Below are positions 49,587-58,606 of a stretch of 64,000 nucleotides of DNA, piece after piece (position 1 is the stretch's first letter; every line of letters begins with the position of its first letter). The DNA lies in the NCBI GenBank assembly GCA_965248535.1, contig CBDFJR010000002.1, positions 1,920,001 to 1,984,000 of the forward strand, in the 5' to 3' direction. The notes under the pieces were generated by a model that saw only the letters and a program-made list of their open reading frames with translations, was not told the origin of the DNA and searched no databases. This DNA is from Phormidesmis sp. (GTDB taxonomy: Bacteria; Cyanobacteriota; Cyanobacteriia; Leptolyngbyales; Leptolyngbyaceae). The position numbers and the translations under genes are program-made.

Positions 49587-51401
49587 TTGCCCATGATTTT
49601 TAACTTGACGTTGCACATTCGTCGCTGGTTGCTCGGTTTAGGAGTGGCGATCGCTATCACGATCGGGCTATCGGGCTGCAATCCTCATTTGTTAAAAACT
49701 CAAGTAGCGCAGGTGCCGCAACTGATTCTCAGCACGCTTAACGACCCCAAAACCTTTAACCCGGCGCTGATTCAAGAGTTTCCTAATATCTCGCTGTTTT
49801 GTTTTGAAGGGTTGACCAAATCTGACGGATTGACGGGCGAGATTGTGCCAGCGTTGGCGGAGTCTTGGCAGATTTCTGACGATCGTCAGCGCGTCGTGTT
49901 TAAGCTGCGATCAGGGCTGAAATGGTCAGACGGTCAGCCGTTAACCGCCGATGATGTGGTGTTTACGTTTGAGACGATTTTTAACCCCAAGATTCCGACT
50001 GACTGGAAGGACGGCCTTAAAGTTGGGCTGCAAGGTGTGTTTCCGATCGTTAAAAAACTGGATAACTTACGCATTGAGTTTGCGCTGCCAGAGCCGTTTG
50101 CGCCGTTGTTAAATGCCTTGTCTGGCGCGCCCGATAATATTGTCATTTTGCCAAAACATATTCTCGGCGACTCGGTGAAGACGATCGGGCGTGACGGCAA
50201 TCCGCCTTTTCTCTCAACTTGGGGGACGGACACTGACCCGAAAACGCTGGTCGTGAATGGGGCTTATCAGATCGAAAGTTTTCTCGGCGGGCAGCGATTG
50301 GTCTATCGGCGCAACCCTTATTATTGGCGCAAAGATGCCCAGGGCAACCAGTTGCCCTATATCGATCGCATCATTTGGCAATTTATTGAAAATGTCGATA
50401 CGCAATTGCTGCGGTTTCGATCGGGCGATCTCGATGTGATGGGCGATGCGCGTCCTCTGCGACCCGAATATTTTTCTCTGCTAAAGAAAGAAGAACAGCG
50501 CGGAAATTTTAAGCTGCAAAACGGCGGCGCTTGGTCAGGCACGCTTTACATGGCGTTCAATCTCAATCAAGCGTCTAAAAATGGCAAGCCGATCGTAGAC
50601 CCGATCAAATCTCGCTGGTTCAATACGCTGGCGTTTCGTCAAGCCGTAGCCTACGCCATCGATCGCGATCGGATGAATAACAATATCTTTCGCGGCTTGG
50701 GCACGATTCAAAACTCGCCGATTACGGTGCAAAGTCCGTTTTTTCTGTCGCCCAAAGACGGTTTAAAGACCTACGACTATCAGCCGCAGCGATCGCGAGA
50801 ATTGCTCAAAGGTGCCGGATTCAAACTCAATAATCAAGGACAGTTATTGGATTCTGACGGTCATCGAGTCCGGTTTACGTTGATTACCAACGCGGGCAAC
50901 AAAGTCAGAGAAGCGATCGGGGCGCAAATCAAACAAGACCTAAGCAAAATTGGCATTCAGCTAGACTTCAACCCGATCAATTTCAACACCTTGATCGACA
51001 AAACTTCGACTTCACGAGAGTGGGATGCCCACATGATCGGCTTCACAGGCGGCGTTGAACCCCACAGCGCAGCCAATCTGTGGATGAGTGGTGGCGGCTC
51101 TCACTCATTTAATCTCAAGCAGCAGCCAGGGCAGCCGCCGATCCAAAACTGGGTCGCCAACGACTGGGAACAAGCCATCGATCGCTTATTTATTCAAGGC
51201 TCACGAGAACTCGACCCCGCAAAACGTCAAAAAATCTACGCTCAGTTTCAGCAAATTGTGCAAGAACAATTGCCTGTGATTCATCTCGTCAACGACTCGG
51301 CGCTGATGGTGACCCGCGATCGGGTTCAAGGTCTAAAATACTCCGGTCTACCCAGTTGGGGACTTTGGAACATCGACGAACTTAGAATTAGAAAAGAATG
51401 A
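49587..51401 (+). CDS. ABC transporter substrate-binding lipoprotein, family 5 (paralog of 46018-47796)
   Basis: Lipobox LSGC and shared blocks such as RRNPYYWRKDAQG and FRQAVAYAIDRD. Confidence 0.92.
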   Translation: MPMIFNLTLHIRRWLLGLGVAIAITIGLSGCNPHLLKTQVAQVPQLILSTLNDPKTFNPALIQEFPNISLFCFEGLTKSDGLTGEIVPALAESWQISDDRQRVVFKLRSGLKWSDGQPLTADDVVFTFETIFNPKIPTDWKDGLKVGLQGVFPIVKKLDNLRIEFALPEPFAPLLNALSGAPDNIVILPKHILGDSVKTIGRDGNPPFLSTWGTDTDPKTLVVNGAYQIESFLGGQRLVYRRNPYYWRKDAQGNQLPYIDRIIWQFIENVDTQLLRFRSGDLDVMGDARPLRPEYFSLLKKEEQRGNFKLQNGGAWSGTLYMAFNLNQASKNGKPIVDPIKSRWFNTLAFRQAVAYAIDRDRMNNNIFRGLGTIQNSPITVQSPFFLSPKDGLKTYDYQPQRSRELLKGAGFKLNNQGQLLDSDGHRVRFTLITNAGNKVREAIGAQIKQDLSKIGIQLDFNPINFNTLIDKTSTSREWDAHMIGFTGGVEPHSAANLWMSGGGSHSFNLKQQPGQPPIQNWVANDWEQAIDRLFIQGSRELDPAKRQKIYAQFQQIVQEQLPVIHLVNDSALMVTRDRVQGLKYSGLPSWGLWNIDELRIRKE

Positions 51402-51434
51402 CTTGACTGATTAAACTCCCTCTTCCTGCTCAAC

Positions 51435-52232
51435 ATGACTCAACCCGAAGCTCTCAAAACTCTCCTTAACTCTGTGGCGCTAGGAGACATTAGCCCAGAG
51501 GACGCGATCGCTAAACTCAAACATCTCTCCTATGAGCGCGTCGGAGACTTTGCCCACATCGATCACCATCGCGCCCTGCGGACAGGCTTCCCCGAAGTGA
51601 TTTGGGGGCCCGGAAAAACACCCCAGCAGATCGCCCAAATCATCGAAGCCATGCGAGACCGCACCTCGGTGATCATGGCAACTCGCATCGAGCCTGACGT
51701 TTACGCGGCGGTGAAAGCGATCGTGCCCGATGTCCACTACTACGCCACGGCTCGAATTTGTGCTTTAAAGTCTCCCGAAAACCTGACCCAAAGCAGTTCT
51801 CAGATCGGAGTGATCGGCATTCTCTCAGCCGGAACCGCAGACCTTCCTGTGGCCGAAGAAGCCGCCATCACCGCCGAGCTTTGTGGCTTTAAGGTGCAGC
51901 GCCTGTGGGATGTCGGAGTCGCCGGAATTCATCGACTTTTAAGCAACCTGCACGTCTTAAATGATGCCGATGTGCTGATTGTCGTGGCAGGCATGGAAGG
52001 CGCACTGCCCAGCGTAGTCGGGGGCTTGGCAGATTGCCCGATCGTCGCTGTGCCAACGAGTGTCGGCTATGGCGCGAGCTTTAACGGACTCGCACCCCTG
52101 TTGACCATGCTCAACTCCTGCGCTGCGGGGATCGGGGTCGTCAACATCGACAACGGGTTTGGAGCCGCCATCCTAGCCGGACAAATTCTGAGAACTGCCG
52201 CAAAGCTCAGAGCAAAGTCAGAAACCCCTTAG
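51435..52232 (+). CDS. larB: LarB/CpmA (PurE-like) protein
   Basis: DHHRALRTGFPEVIWGPGKT, AGTADLPVAEEA, DVGVAGIHRL, VNIDNGFGAA. Confidence 0.88.
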   Translation: MTQPEALKTLLNSVALGDISPEDAIAKLKHLSYERVGDFAHIDHHRALRTGFPEVIWGPGKTPQQIAQIIEAMRDRTSVIMATRIEPDVYAAVKAIVPDVHYYATARICALKSPENLTQSSSQIGVIGILSAGTADLPVAEEAAITAELCGFKVQRLWDVGVAGIHRLLSNLHVLNDADVLIVVAGMEGALPSVVGGLADCPIVAVPTSVGYGASFNGLAPLLTMLNSCAAGIGVVNIDNGFGAAILAGQILRTAAKLRAKSETP

Positions 52233-52251
52233 AAGCTGACTCAATCCGACC

Positions 52252-53076
52252 CTAGCGACGGTCAGGAGCCGGGGATGGAGTTGACTTTTTACAGTCCTCG
52301 GCATACACCCGAAAATAGTCTATGTCCATCACCCTGGGCAATTTAGCCTTTGAGACATCGCCGCACCACCCGCCGCAGGTTTTGACCCCAACACCCGGAA
52401 AAAGGGCTTTGGTGGCGACCCCGATCGTCGTTCGCCATCGTTCTTGCCCATCAATATAAAAAACGAGTAAGTCCGGCCGCCAGCGCAGTCCGTAGGTGTG
52501 GTAGCGCCGACTCAACGCCACCGGACTCTCCCATGTCCCCTCGTTGGATTTGTTGTCAGCGTCGTAGTGATTGGTCATAAACACTTTGCGCTCTTGCTGC
52601 GGAATCTCAAACACGTCGATCTCTGGCGGCCAAGAGCGATCGACGGCCCCAAAATCAAAAAACGACAACAGCCCATCTCCTGACACAATCTTGGCCCGCA
52701 CCTCCCAATAGCCATAGGTTTGAGAAAATTTGCCATAGGTGTTGATCTGGGAACTCGCAAACGGCTTGCCCTCCACCGATCGCTTCTCAACTTTGATGTG
52801 CGCGGCTCCATTCTTGACCCACACATTGTCATCGGTGTAGTAGTTGAGAGACCCATCGTGAATGGTGCCGTCGCCCCACCAAAACCGAGTTGTCCACTTC
52901 GACCCATCCAGCGACTTGCCATCAAACTCGTCATGAAAGGTTTGCCTCAAGGTGCAAGATTCTCGCAGCGGGTCGGCAAAAACCGTCGATCGCGACACGC
53001 AGCCTAGACCCGTCAGGAGCACCGCAAAACAAAGAACTATTAACCTTAGCCCCGCCAGCTTGGTCTGTTTTTTCAT
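52252..53076 (-). CDS. Glycoside hydrolase family 16, probable lipoprotein
   Basis: FHDEFDG, WPPEIDVFE (ExDxxE), YHTYGLRW, DIDYFRVY. Confidence 0.88.
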   Translation of the reverse strand: MKKQTKLAGLRLIVLCFAVLLTGLGCVSRSTVFADPLRESCTLRQTFHDEFDGKSLDGSKWTTRFWWGDGTIHDGSLNYYTDDNVWVKNGAAHIKVEKRSVEGKPFASSQINTYGKFSQTYGYWEVRAKIVSGDGLLSFFDFGAVDRSWPPEIDVFEIPQQERKVFMTNHYDADNKSNEGTWESPVALSRRYHTYGLRWRPDLLVFYIDGQERWRTTIGVATKALFPGVGVKTCGGWCGDVSKAKLPRVMDIDYFRVYAEDCKKSTPSPAPDRR

Positions 53077-53083
53077 GCGAGTT

Positions 53084-54166
53084 TTAGGATTTTAGGCTGC
53101 CTCGCTTTAGCTGTTCTTGCTCGATCGCTTCAAACAAGGCCCTAAAATTGCCCTCTCCAAACCCTTGAGCTTGATGCAAGCGATCGTTGACTTCATAAGT
53201 CTGGCGCTCGATCAACTCAAAAAAGAACGTCGGTTGCTCAAAAATGGGTTGAGTAAAGGTTTGCAGCAAAACCGCTTTAGGCAAGTCTGCTGACCAATCG
53301 ACCAAAATCTGCTGGGCCGCGATCGCCTCTAGCTCGGTCTCAGAGAGCGCACAATCAGGGCGCTGCCGCAACTGAGTGTAATAAGTGGCAGGCACATTCA
53401 AAAACGCAAGACCTGCCTGACGGAGTTGAGCGATCGCATCCACAATATTCTCGACATGAATCGCAATATGCTGCACCCCTGCGCCTCGATTCAGATCTAA
53501 AAATTCTTGAATCTGAGAACTATCGGAAGTCGGCTCATTGATCGGCACCTGCACCCGACCATTGGGATATCGCATCACCCGACTGCACAGCCCAGAGCGA
53601 TCGGTTTTAATCGCAAACATCTGCTGCGGCTCAAAGCCAAGAACGGCTTCATACCAGTCTACGGCTCGGTCTAAATCACCCAACGCCACATTGAGCACGA
53701 CATGATCAATCCGGCTAAAGGTGACCCTCGGAGCCGCCCCCAACGGCTGACCCAGGGGCAATGAAGAGGGAATCAACCGTTCAACCAGCGTGTGGTTTAA
53801 AGTTCCCCAAGCGGCAATCTGGGCCCATTTTAGGGTTTCTTGAGTTTGCAGAGGTTGCAGGACTTTGGCTCCCTGGTCGATCGCCCACTCCATCACCGTG
53901 TCTAGATCCTCTACTGCCAGAGCCACATCGACCACACCGGGAGGATGGGCGCGCAAAAAATCAGCGACCGGACTGGAATCGTTGAGCGGAGCCGAGAAGA
54001 CCAGATAGATCGAGCCATGGGCAACCACTTCAACTTGAGTGTGACCAGACGGGGCGATCGTAAAGCAAAACTCGTTTGGAATCGAGTAAAAGCCCATTTT
54101 TTGAATAAACCAGTCTCGCGATTGACCCGCGTCTTCTACATAAAAATGAATGTGATCGATTTGCAT
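53084..54166 (-). CDS. hppD: 4-hydroxyphenylpyruvate dioxygenase
   Basis: IDHVV, PINEP, GVQHIA, LLQTFT, FFELIER, GFGEGNFRALFEAIE. Confidence 0.95.
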   Translation of the reverse strand: MQIDHIHFYVEDAGQSRDWFIQKMGFYSIPNEFCFTIAPSGHTQVEVVAHGSIYLVFSAPLNDSSPVADFLRAHPPGVVDVALAVEDLDTVMEWAIDQGAKVLQPLQTQETLKWAQIAAWGTLNHTLVERLIPSSLPLGQPLGAAPRVTFSRIDHVVLNVALGDLDRAVDWYEAVLGFEPQQMFAIKTDRSGLCSRVMRYPNGRVQVPINEPTSDSSQIQEFLDLNRGAGVQHIAIHVENIVDAIAQLRQAGLAFLNVPATYYTQLRQRPDCALSETELEAIAAQQILVDWSADLPKAVLLQTFTQPIFEQPTFFFELIERQTYEVNDRLHQAQGFGEGNFRALFEAIEQEQLKRGSLKS

Positions 54167-54399
54167 AAAAACCCGACTACTTCGCCCAATGACTCTGCCT
54201 GTAGATTTTGCCTTGATTATCGAATTTTAGGGTCGCTCTCAAGGAAGAATCCAGATCAGGGCGATGCGTGCCCCGTGGCATAGACCAAACCTTGCATCTC
54301 TACAATCAAGTTGTGGATCAATAGTTCTAGGAGTGATGCCCCGATCGTGTGATCGAGAGCAGATATCTGATATCGTGACAAAAAGCCACGGGAGGAGCA

Positions 54400-55230
54400 G
54401 TGGAGTATTCGGATTCATCAACACAGGCAGAGCAACTCAAAGCCATCGGGTCAAAACTGAGCCACGAGCGCGAAGTACGATCGGTGTCTTTAGAAGCGAT
54501 TGCGACCAAAACCTACATCCCCCTGCGTCTGCTCAGTGCGATCGAAGCAGGACGACTTGATCTATTGCCAGAACCCGTTTTTGTTCAGGGGTTTATTCGT
54601 CGCTATGCTGACACGCTGGGCTTAGATGGAACCGCCTTATCCAAGGAGTTTGCGATCGAGTCGCCTGTACCTAGATATGAGACCTTGCCCCCGCTAGAGC
54701 CAGTCGAGGTTTTGTCCGATTCCTCCTCTGAGCGTCCAGTCTGGCTTTATGCGCTTGCAGGCACGATCGGGCTAGGAGCGCTAGGGCTAATCGTCACCAG
54801 TCTGGTCAACCATGCCAAACCGACTGCCCCCCCCACCGCAAAACCCGTCACCTCTAACAGCGTCGCCCCTCAAAAAGCACCGCCCAAAGCGCCTGCACCA
54901 TCCCCTAGCTCCCCGTCAGCTTCGCCGAGTCCAATCGCCAGCGCTTCGCCCAGTCCGAGTGTTAGCCCTTCACCTGTGGCCACCGGCCCCGTGGCCATCA
55001 AGCTAAATGTGACCGACGAAAGCTGGGTCGAGGTGATGGTAGACGGCAAAGTAGAGTTTGAGGGCACCTTGCAAAAGGGCACGCAAAAAACCTGGGGTGG
55101 ACAAAAGCAAGTCACGATTAGCTCCGGCAACGCAGGCGGCATCTTGGTGTCTTACAACAATGGGGCGGCTAAACCTCTGGGCGCACCGGGCGATATCGTG
55201 CAAAACGTGAAATTTCCACCGACTCCCTAG
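54400..55230 (+). CDS. rodZ: RodZ-like protein (HTH, TM, DUF4115)
   Basis: LPEPVFVQGFIRRYA HTH, TM helix, Pro/Ser linker, SWVEV..DG..GNAGG. Confidence 0.82.
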   Translation: MEYSDSSTQAEQLKAIGSKLSHEREVRSVSLEAIATKTYIPLRLLSAIEAGRLDLLPEPVFVQGFIRRYADTLGLDGTALSKEFAIESPVPRYETLPPLEPVEVLSDSSSERPVWLYALAGTIGLGALGLIVTSLVNHAKPTAPPTAKPVTSNSVAPQKAPPKAPAPSPSSPSASPSPIASASPSPSVSPSPVATGPVAIKLNVTDESWVEVMVDGKVEFEGTLQKGTQKTWGGQKQVTISSGNAGGILVSYNNGAAKPLGAPGDIVQNVKFPPTP

Positions 55231-55249
55231 GCGGGTTGAGGGCTAACGC

Positions 55250-56041
55250 TTAGGCTCGAACCAGCTTTTGGGCGATCGCGACTGCCCGATCGAGTCCCTG
55301 GGCTTGATATTGCCCCGCCGCGTAGTGATCAAGGTGTTGAAAGACCGCGATCGAGGGCACCGTGCAGCAGGTAAAAAACTCTAGCGCTGCTTTGCCATCG
55401 GGCAACAGCCGAATCTTAGGGGAGAGATCTTTCACTGCTTCGGTGCGCCACTGCCACTGCACCTGAGCCGGAAGCGCATCAATCAGCCGATGATTTGACC
55501 AGTTGCGAGCCGCGCCCAAGGCCCCAAACTCCTTGAGTTCTCGCCGCAGCACTGAGGCAATCACAAACGACATTGGGGAGCGATCGCCGATCACAGCTTC
55601 CATAAAATTAGCCAATCTCCCGGCTGGCGCTGGCGGATTTTCTAGCCCGTCACAGGTCTTTAAAGCCGCTTCTAAAAGGGCGGTGGTGCTCAATGGCTCT
55701 GGCAGCGCCCAAGTCACGCTCAGACCCTCTTCTTGAAAGCGATAGAGATAGCTCACAAGCCGAATGCCAGGTTTTAGCTTGAGTCCGGGTAGCTTGATGA
55801 GGGCAGCGCCTGGGTTGGCCGCACTGATAAACCACTTTCCCCCCAAGTTCGGCATATGCGCGGTGAGGTCTGGGGTGTCGCCTACTCGAAATAAATCTCC
55901 CAAACCTGCCAGAGAATCCGGCTCGGCGAGGTCAAGCGATCGGGCTTGGGGATGATTTTCTGATTCGGGCAACGCTAGCGCAATTTTCAGGTGTTGCCTA
56001 ATTTTCTGAAGCGCTTCTAAAGGGACTTTTTGAGTAGACAT
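55250..56041 (-). CDS. Hypothetical protein
   Basis: 263-aa ORF; no motif recognised. Confidence 0.72.
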   Translation of the reverse strand: MSTQKVPLEALQKIRQHLKIALALPESENHPQARSLDLAEPDSLAGLGDLFRVGDTPDLTAHMPNLGGKWFISAANPGAALIKLPGLKLKPGIRLVSYLYRFQEEGLSVTWALPEPLSTTALLEAALKTCDGLENPPAPAGRLANFMEAVIGDRSPMSFVIASVLRRELKEFGALGAARNWSNHRLIDALPAQVQWQWRTEAVKDLSPKIRLLPDGKAALEFFTCCTVPSIAVFQHLDHYAAGQYQAQGLDRAVAIAQKLVRA

Positions 56042-56153
56042 AAGAGAGTTAGGAATCGCGCCTTTTTATTTAGAATTCCCAAATGCAAGCCAAGTACAGC
56101 GTTTTAATGGCTTCTCGACTCATAATGAGAACAGGACTTTACATTGCTTCATC

Positions 56154-57668
56154 ATGGCGAGAGATCTGCGAGGATTCATCAAACAGCTTGAGCAACGGGG
56201 GCAGTTGCGCCGCATTAGCGCCCCTGTTGACTCAGATTTAGAGATCGCTGAGATTGCAAACCGGATGTTGCAGCGGGGCGGGCCAGGGCTGCTGTTTGAA
56301 ACCGTCAAAGGCTCTCCCTACCCCGTCGCGATCAATCTTTTAGGAACCGTCGAGCGGGTTTGCTGGGCGATGAATATGGAGTCTCCGCAGGAGTTAGAGA
56401 CGTTGGGCAAAAAACTGGCGCTGCTCTATCAGCCCAGACCACCCAAAAAAGTATCTCAAGCGATCGACCTCGGCAAAGTCTTGTTTGATGTCTTGCGAGC
56501 AAAGCCCGATCGTGACCTGTTTCCGGTCTGTCAGCAGGTGGTGCTCAAAGGCGATGACGTAGATCTGACCACGCTGCCGATGCTGCGCGTTTATCCCGGT
56601 GATGCGGGCAAGGTGATGACGCTAGGATTGATGATCACCAAAGATCCCGAAACCAAGATTCCGAATGTGGGTGTCTATCGCTTGCAGTTGCAGTCCAAGA
56701 ATACGATGACCGTGCAGTGGCTCTCGGTGCGCGGCCCAACTCGACATTTGAGAAAGGCGGCCGCAATGGGACAGGATTTGGAAGTGGCGATCGCTCTAGG
56801 AGTCGATCCCCTCGTGATTTTGGCGGCTGCGACTCCCGTCCCGGTTGATCTGTCTGAGTGGCTGTTTGCCGGACTCTATGGCGGATCGGGCATTCATTTA
56901 GCTAAGTGCAAAACCGTTGATCTAGAGGTGCCCGCCACGTCTGAAATCGTCCTAGAAGGCACCGTCACGCCAGGCGACGTAGGCATAGATGGGCCAGCAG
57001 GCGATCACATGGGCTACTACGGCGGCGTAAATGAGAAAGCCCCCCTGTTTCGATTTCACTGCATGACTCACCGCAACGATCCGATTTATCTGACGACCTT
57101 TAGCGGTCGGCCGCCTAAAGAAGACGCGATGATGGCTCTAGCGCTCAACCGGGTCTACACGCCCATTCTCAGACAGCAAGTGCCCGAAATCATCGATTTC
57201 TTTTTGCCGATGGAGGCGTTGAGTTATAAAGCGGCCGTGATCTCGATCGACAAAGTGTATCCTGGGCACGCCCGCCGCGCTGCGCTGGCATTTTGGAGCG
57301 CCTTGCCGCAGTTTAGCTATACAAAATTTGTGATTGTGGTCGATAAAGACATCAACATTCGCGACCCTAGAGCCGTCGTTTGGGCCATTACTTCAAAAGT
57401 TGACCCCGCTAGAGATGTCTTTATTTTGCCCGATAACCCCTTTGACTCTCTGGATTTTGCCACTGAAAAACCCGGTTTAGGCAGCAAGATGGGCATTGAT
57501 GCGACGACGAAACTCTATCCAGAAACCGATCGCCCCTGGGCTGCGCCGTTGGTGTCTGACCCCGATGTGGCAGCCATGGTCGATCGGCGCTGGGCGCAAT
57601 ATGGGCTGGCAGATTTGGAGCTTGGCGAAGTCGATCCCAGTCTGTTTGGCTATGACATGAGCGTCTAG
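56154..57668 (+). CDS. ubiD: UbiD-family prFMN-dependent decarboxylase
   Basis: DLRGFI, NVGVYRLQ, EIVLEG, GDHMGYY, GRPPKED, KMGIDAT. Confidence 0.92.
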   Translation: MARDLRGFIKQLEQRGQLRRISAPVDSDLEIAEIANRMLQRGGPGLLFETVKGSPYPVAINLLGTVERVCWAMNMESPQELETLGKKLALLYQPRPPKKVSQAIDLGKVLFDVLRAKPDRDLFPVCQQVVLKGDDVDLTTLPMLRVYPGDAGKVMTLGLMITKDPETKIPNVGVYRLQLQSKNTMTVQWLSVRGPTRHLRKAAAMGQDLEVAIALGVDPLVILAAATPVPVDLSEWLFAGLYGGSGIHLAKCKTVDLEVPATSEIVLEGTVTPGDVGIDGPAGDHMGYYGGVNEKAPLFRFHCMTHRNDPIYLTTFSGRPPKEDAMMALALNRVYTPILRQQVPEIIDFFLPMEALSYKAAVISIDKVYPGHARRAALAFWSALPQFSYTKFVIVVDKDINIRDPRAVVWAITSKVDPARDVFILPDNPFDSLDFATEKPGLGSKMGIDATTKLYPETDRPWAAPLVSDPDVAAMVDRRWAQYGLADLELGEVDPSLFGYDMSV

Positions 57669-57734
57669 ATCGGATATTCCTCTAAAAGGTCGTAGTTTCC
57701 CCCGATCGGAGTACACCTCTTTTTTCTTAAAAAC

Positions 57735-57750
57735 TGTATGATTGGATACA
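57735..57750. promoter_or_regulatory. NtcA site overlapping the -10 box (repressor geometry)
   Basis: Perfect TGTA-N8-TACA containing TATGAT (57737-57742). Confidence 0.85.
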
Positions 57751-57760
57751 GAAGGAAAAA

Positions 57761-57822
57761 CGTTCATCCCCTCTAAAAACACAGACGGGGACGGAAGTAA
57801 GGACATTCCTGAAGGAACGCGC
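57761..57822 (+). ncRNA. Glutamine riboswitch (glnA motif, class I)
   Basis: CGTTCATCCCC...GGGGACGGAAGTAAGGACATTCCTGAAGGAACGCGC matches the glnA-motif pattern, upstream of a DUF4278 gene. Confidence 0.85.
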
Positions 57823-57863
57823 TTCTCTTCATCCCATAAAGCAACTTTTTGGAGAAGCGACTC

Positions 57864-58310
57864 ATGAAACTGATTTATCGTGGCAACACTTACGACTACG
57901 ACCCGACCCAATCTAGACCCACCAACGCCGGGCGACCCGTCAAGTCTGCACCCCGTCTTCAAGCACCCTACACCTTGATGTATCGTGGCGAAACCTATCA
58001 CGTCGATCCGACGGCTCCTCAAGCTCCAGCTTTCTCTCAGCCCAGAGCCTATGATCTGATCTACCGGGGCGAAACCTATCACGTCGATCGTGATGCTCAA
58101 GGAACCTTAACGGCCTTGACTCAAGCGACCCATTCCTCTCGATCAAAGCCCGTTGCGACTAGAGTGTCTCAGCGAGAACTGAATCGATTGCATCAAGCCA
58201 ACTTGTTGAGCAACCTACAGCGCCGCTTGCAAGCTGCTCAAGAACGGGGCGATCAAACGCTGCTTGACTTGCTAGAGGCAGAGCGCCAGCAAATCACAAC
58301 CAGCCACTAA
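57864..58310 (+). CDS. DUF4278-repeat protein with C-terminal PirA-like domain
   Basis: Three L(I/M)YRGxxY repeats, then HQANLLSNLQRRLQAAQERGDQTLLDLLEAE; GGAG RBS. Confidence 0.8.
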   Translation: MKLIYRGNTYDYDPTQSRPTNAGRPVKSAPRLQAPYTLMYRGETYHVDPTAPQAPAFSQPRAYDLIYRGETYHVDRDAQGTLTALTQATHSSRSKPVATRVSQRELNRLHQANLLSNLQRRLQAAQERGDQTLLDLLEAERQQITTSH

Positions 58311-58330
58311 ATCTTCTGTAGAGTTTTATC

Positions 58331-58371
58331 AAACGTAGGCGCTTTCTGTGGAGAGTGCCTACGTTTTTTTG
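58331..58371 (+). terminator. Intrinsic terminator
   Basis: AAACGTAGGCGCTTTC/GAGAGTGCCTACGTTT stem followed by a T-run. Confidence 0.8.
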
Positions 58372-58606
58372 TAGCAGTCCCGACGGCCAATCATCAGCCG
58401 GATTCTCATCGCAGCGCTAATGTCAAGGAAATTTGACGATCGAATCGGCGCTTAAATTAACTAGACTATAGAGATAGCCAGGGTTGTGGCGCGATCGTCA
58501 ATAATGAGTCTCGACAGGGATCGTAATCGGCACTACACTTGGTTTCTATCTATTGCATCTTTAGATACAAAAATTATCCACTTAGACGGTTTGGCGAGGT
58601 TCCTCA

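Noticed and set aside
57477..58100. 207-aa minus-strand ORF with internal repeats
   Set aside because: Antisense shadow of the DUF4278 repeats, the riboswitch and the ubiD 3' end.
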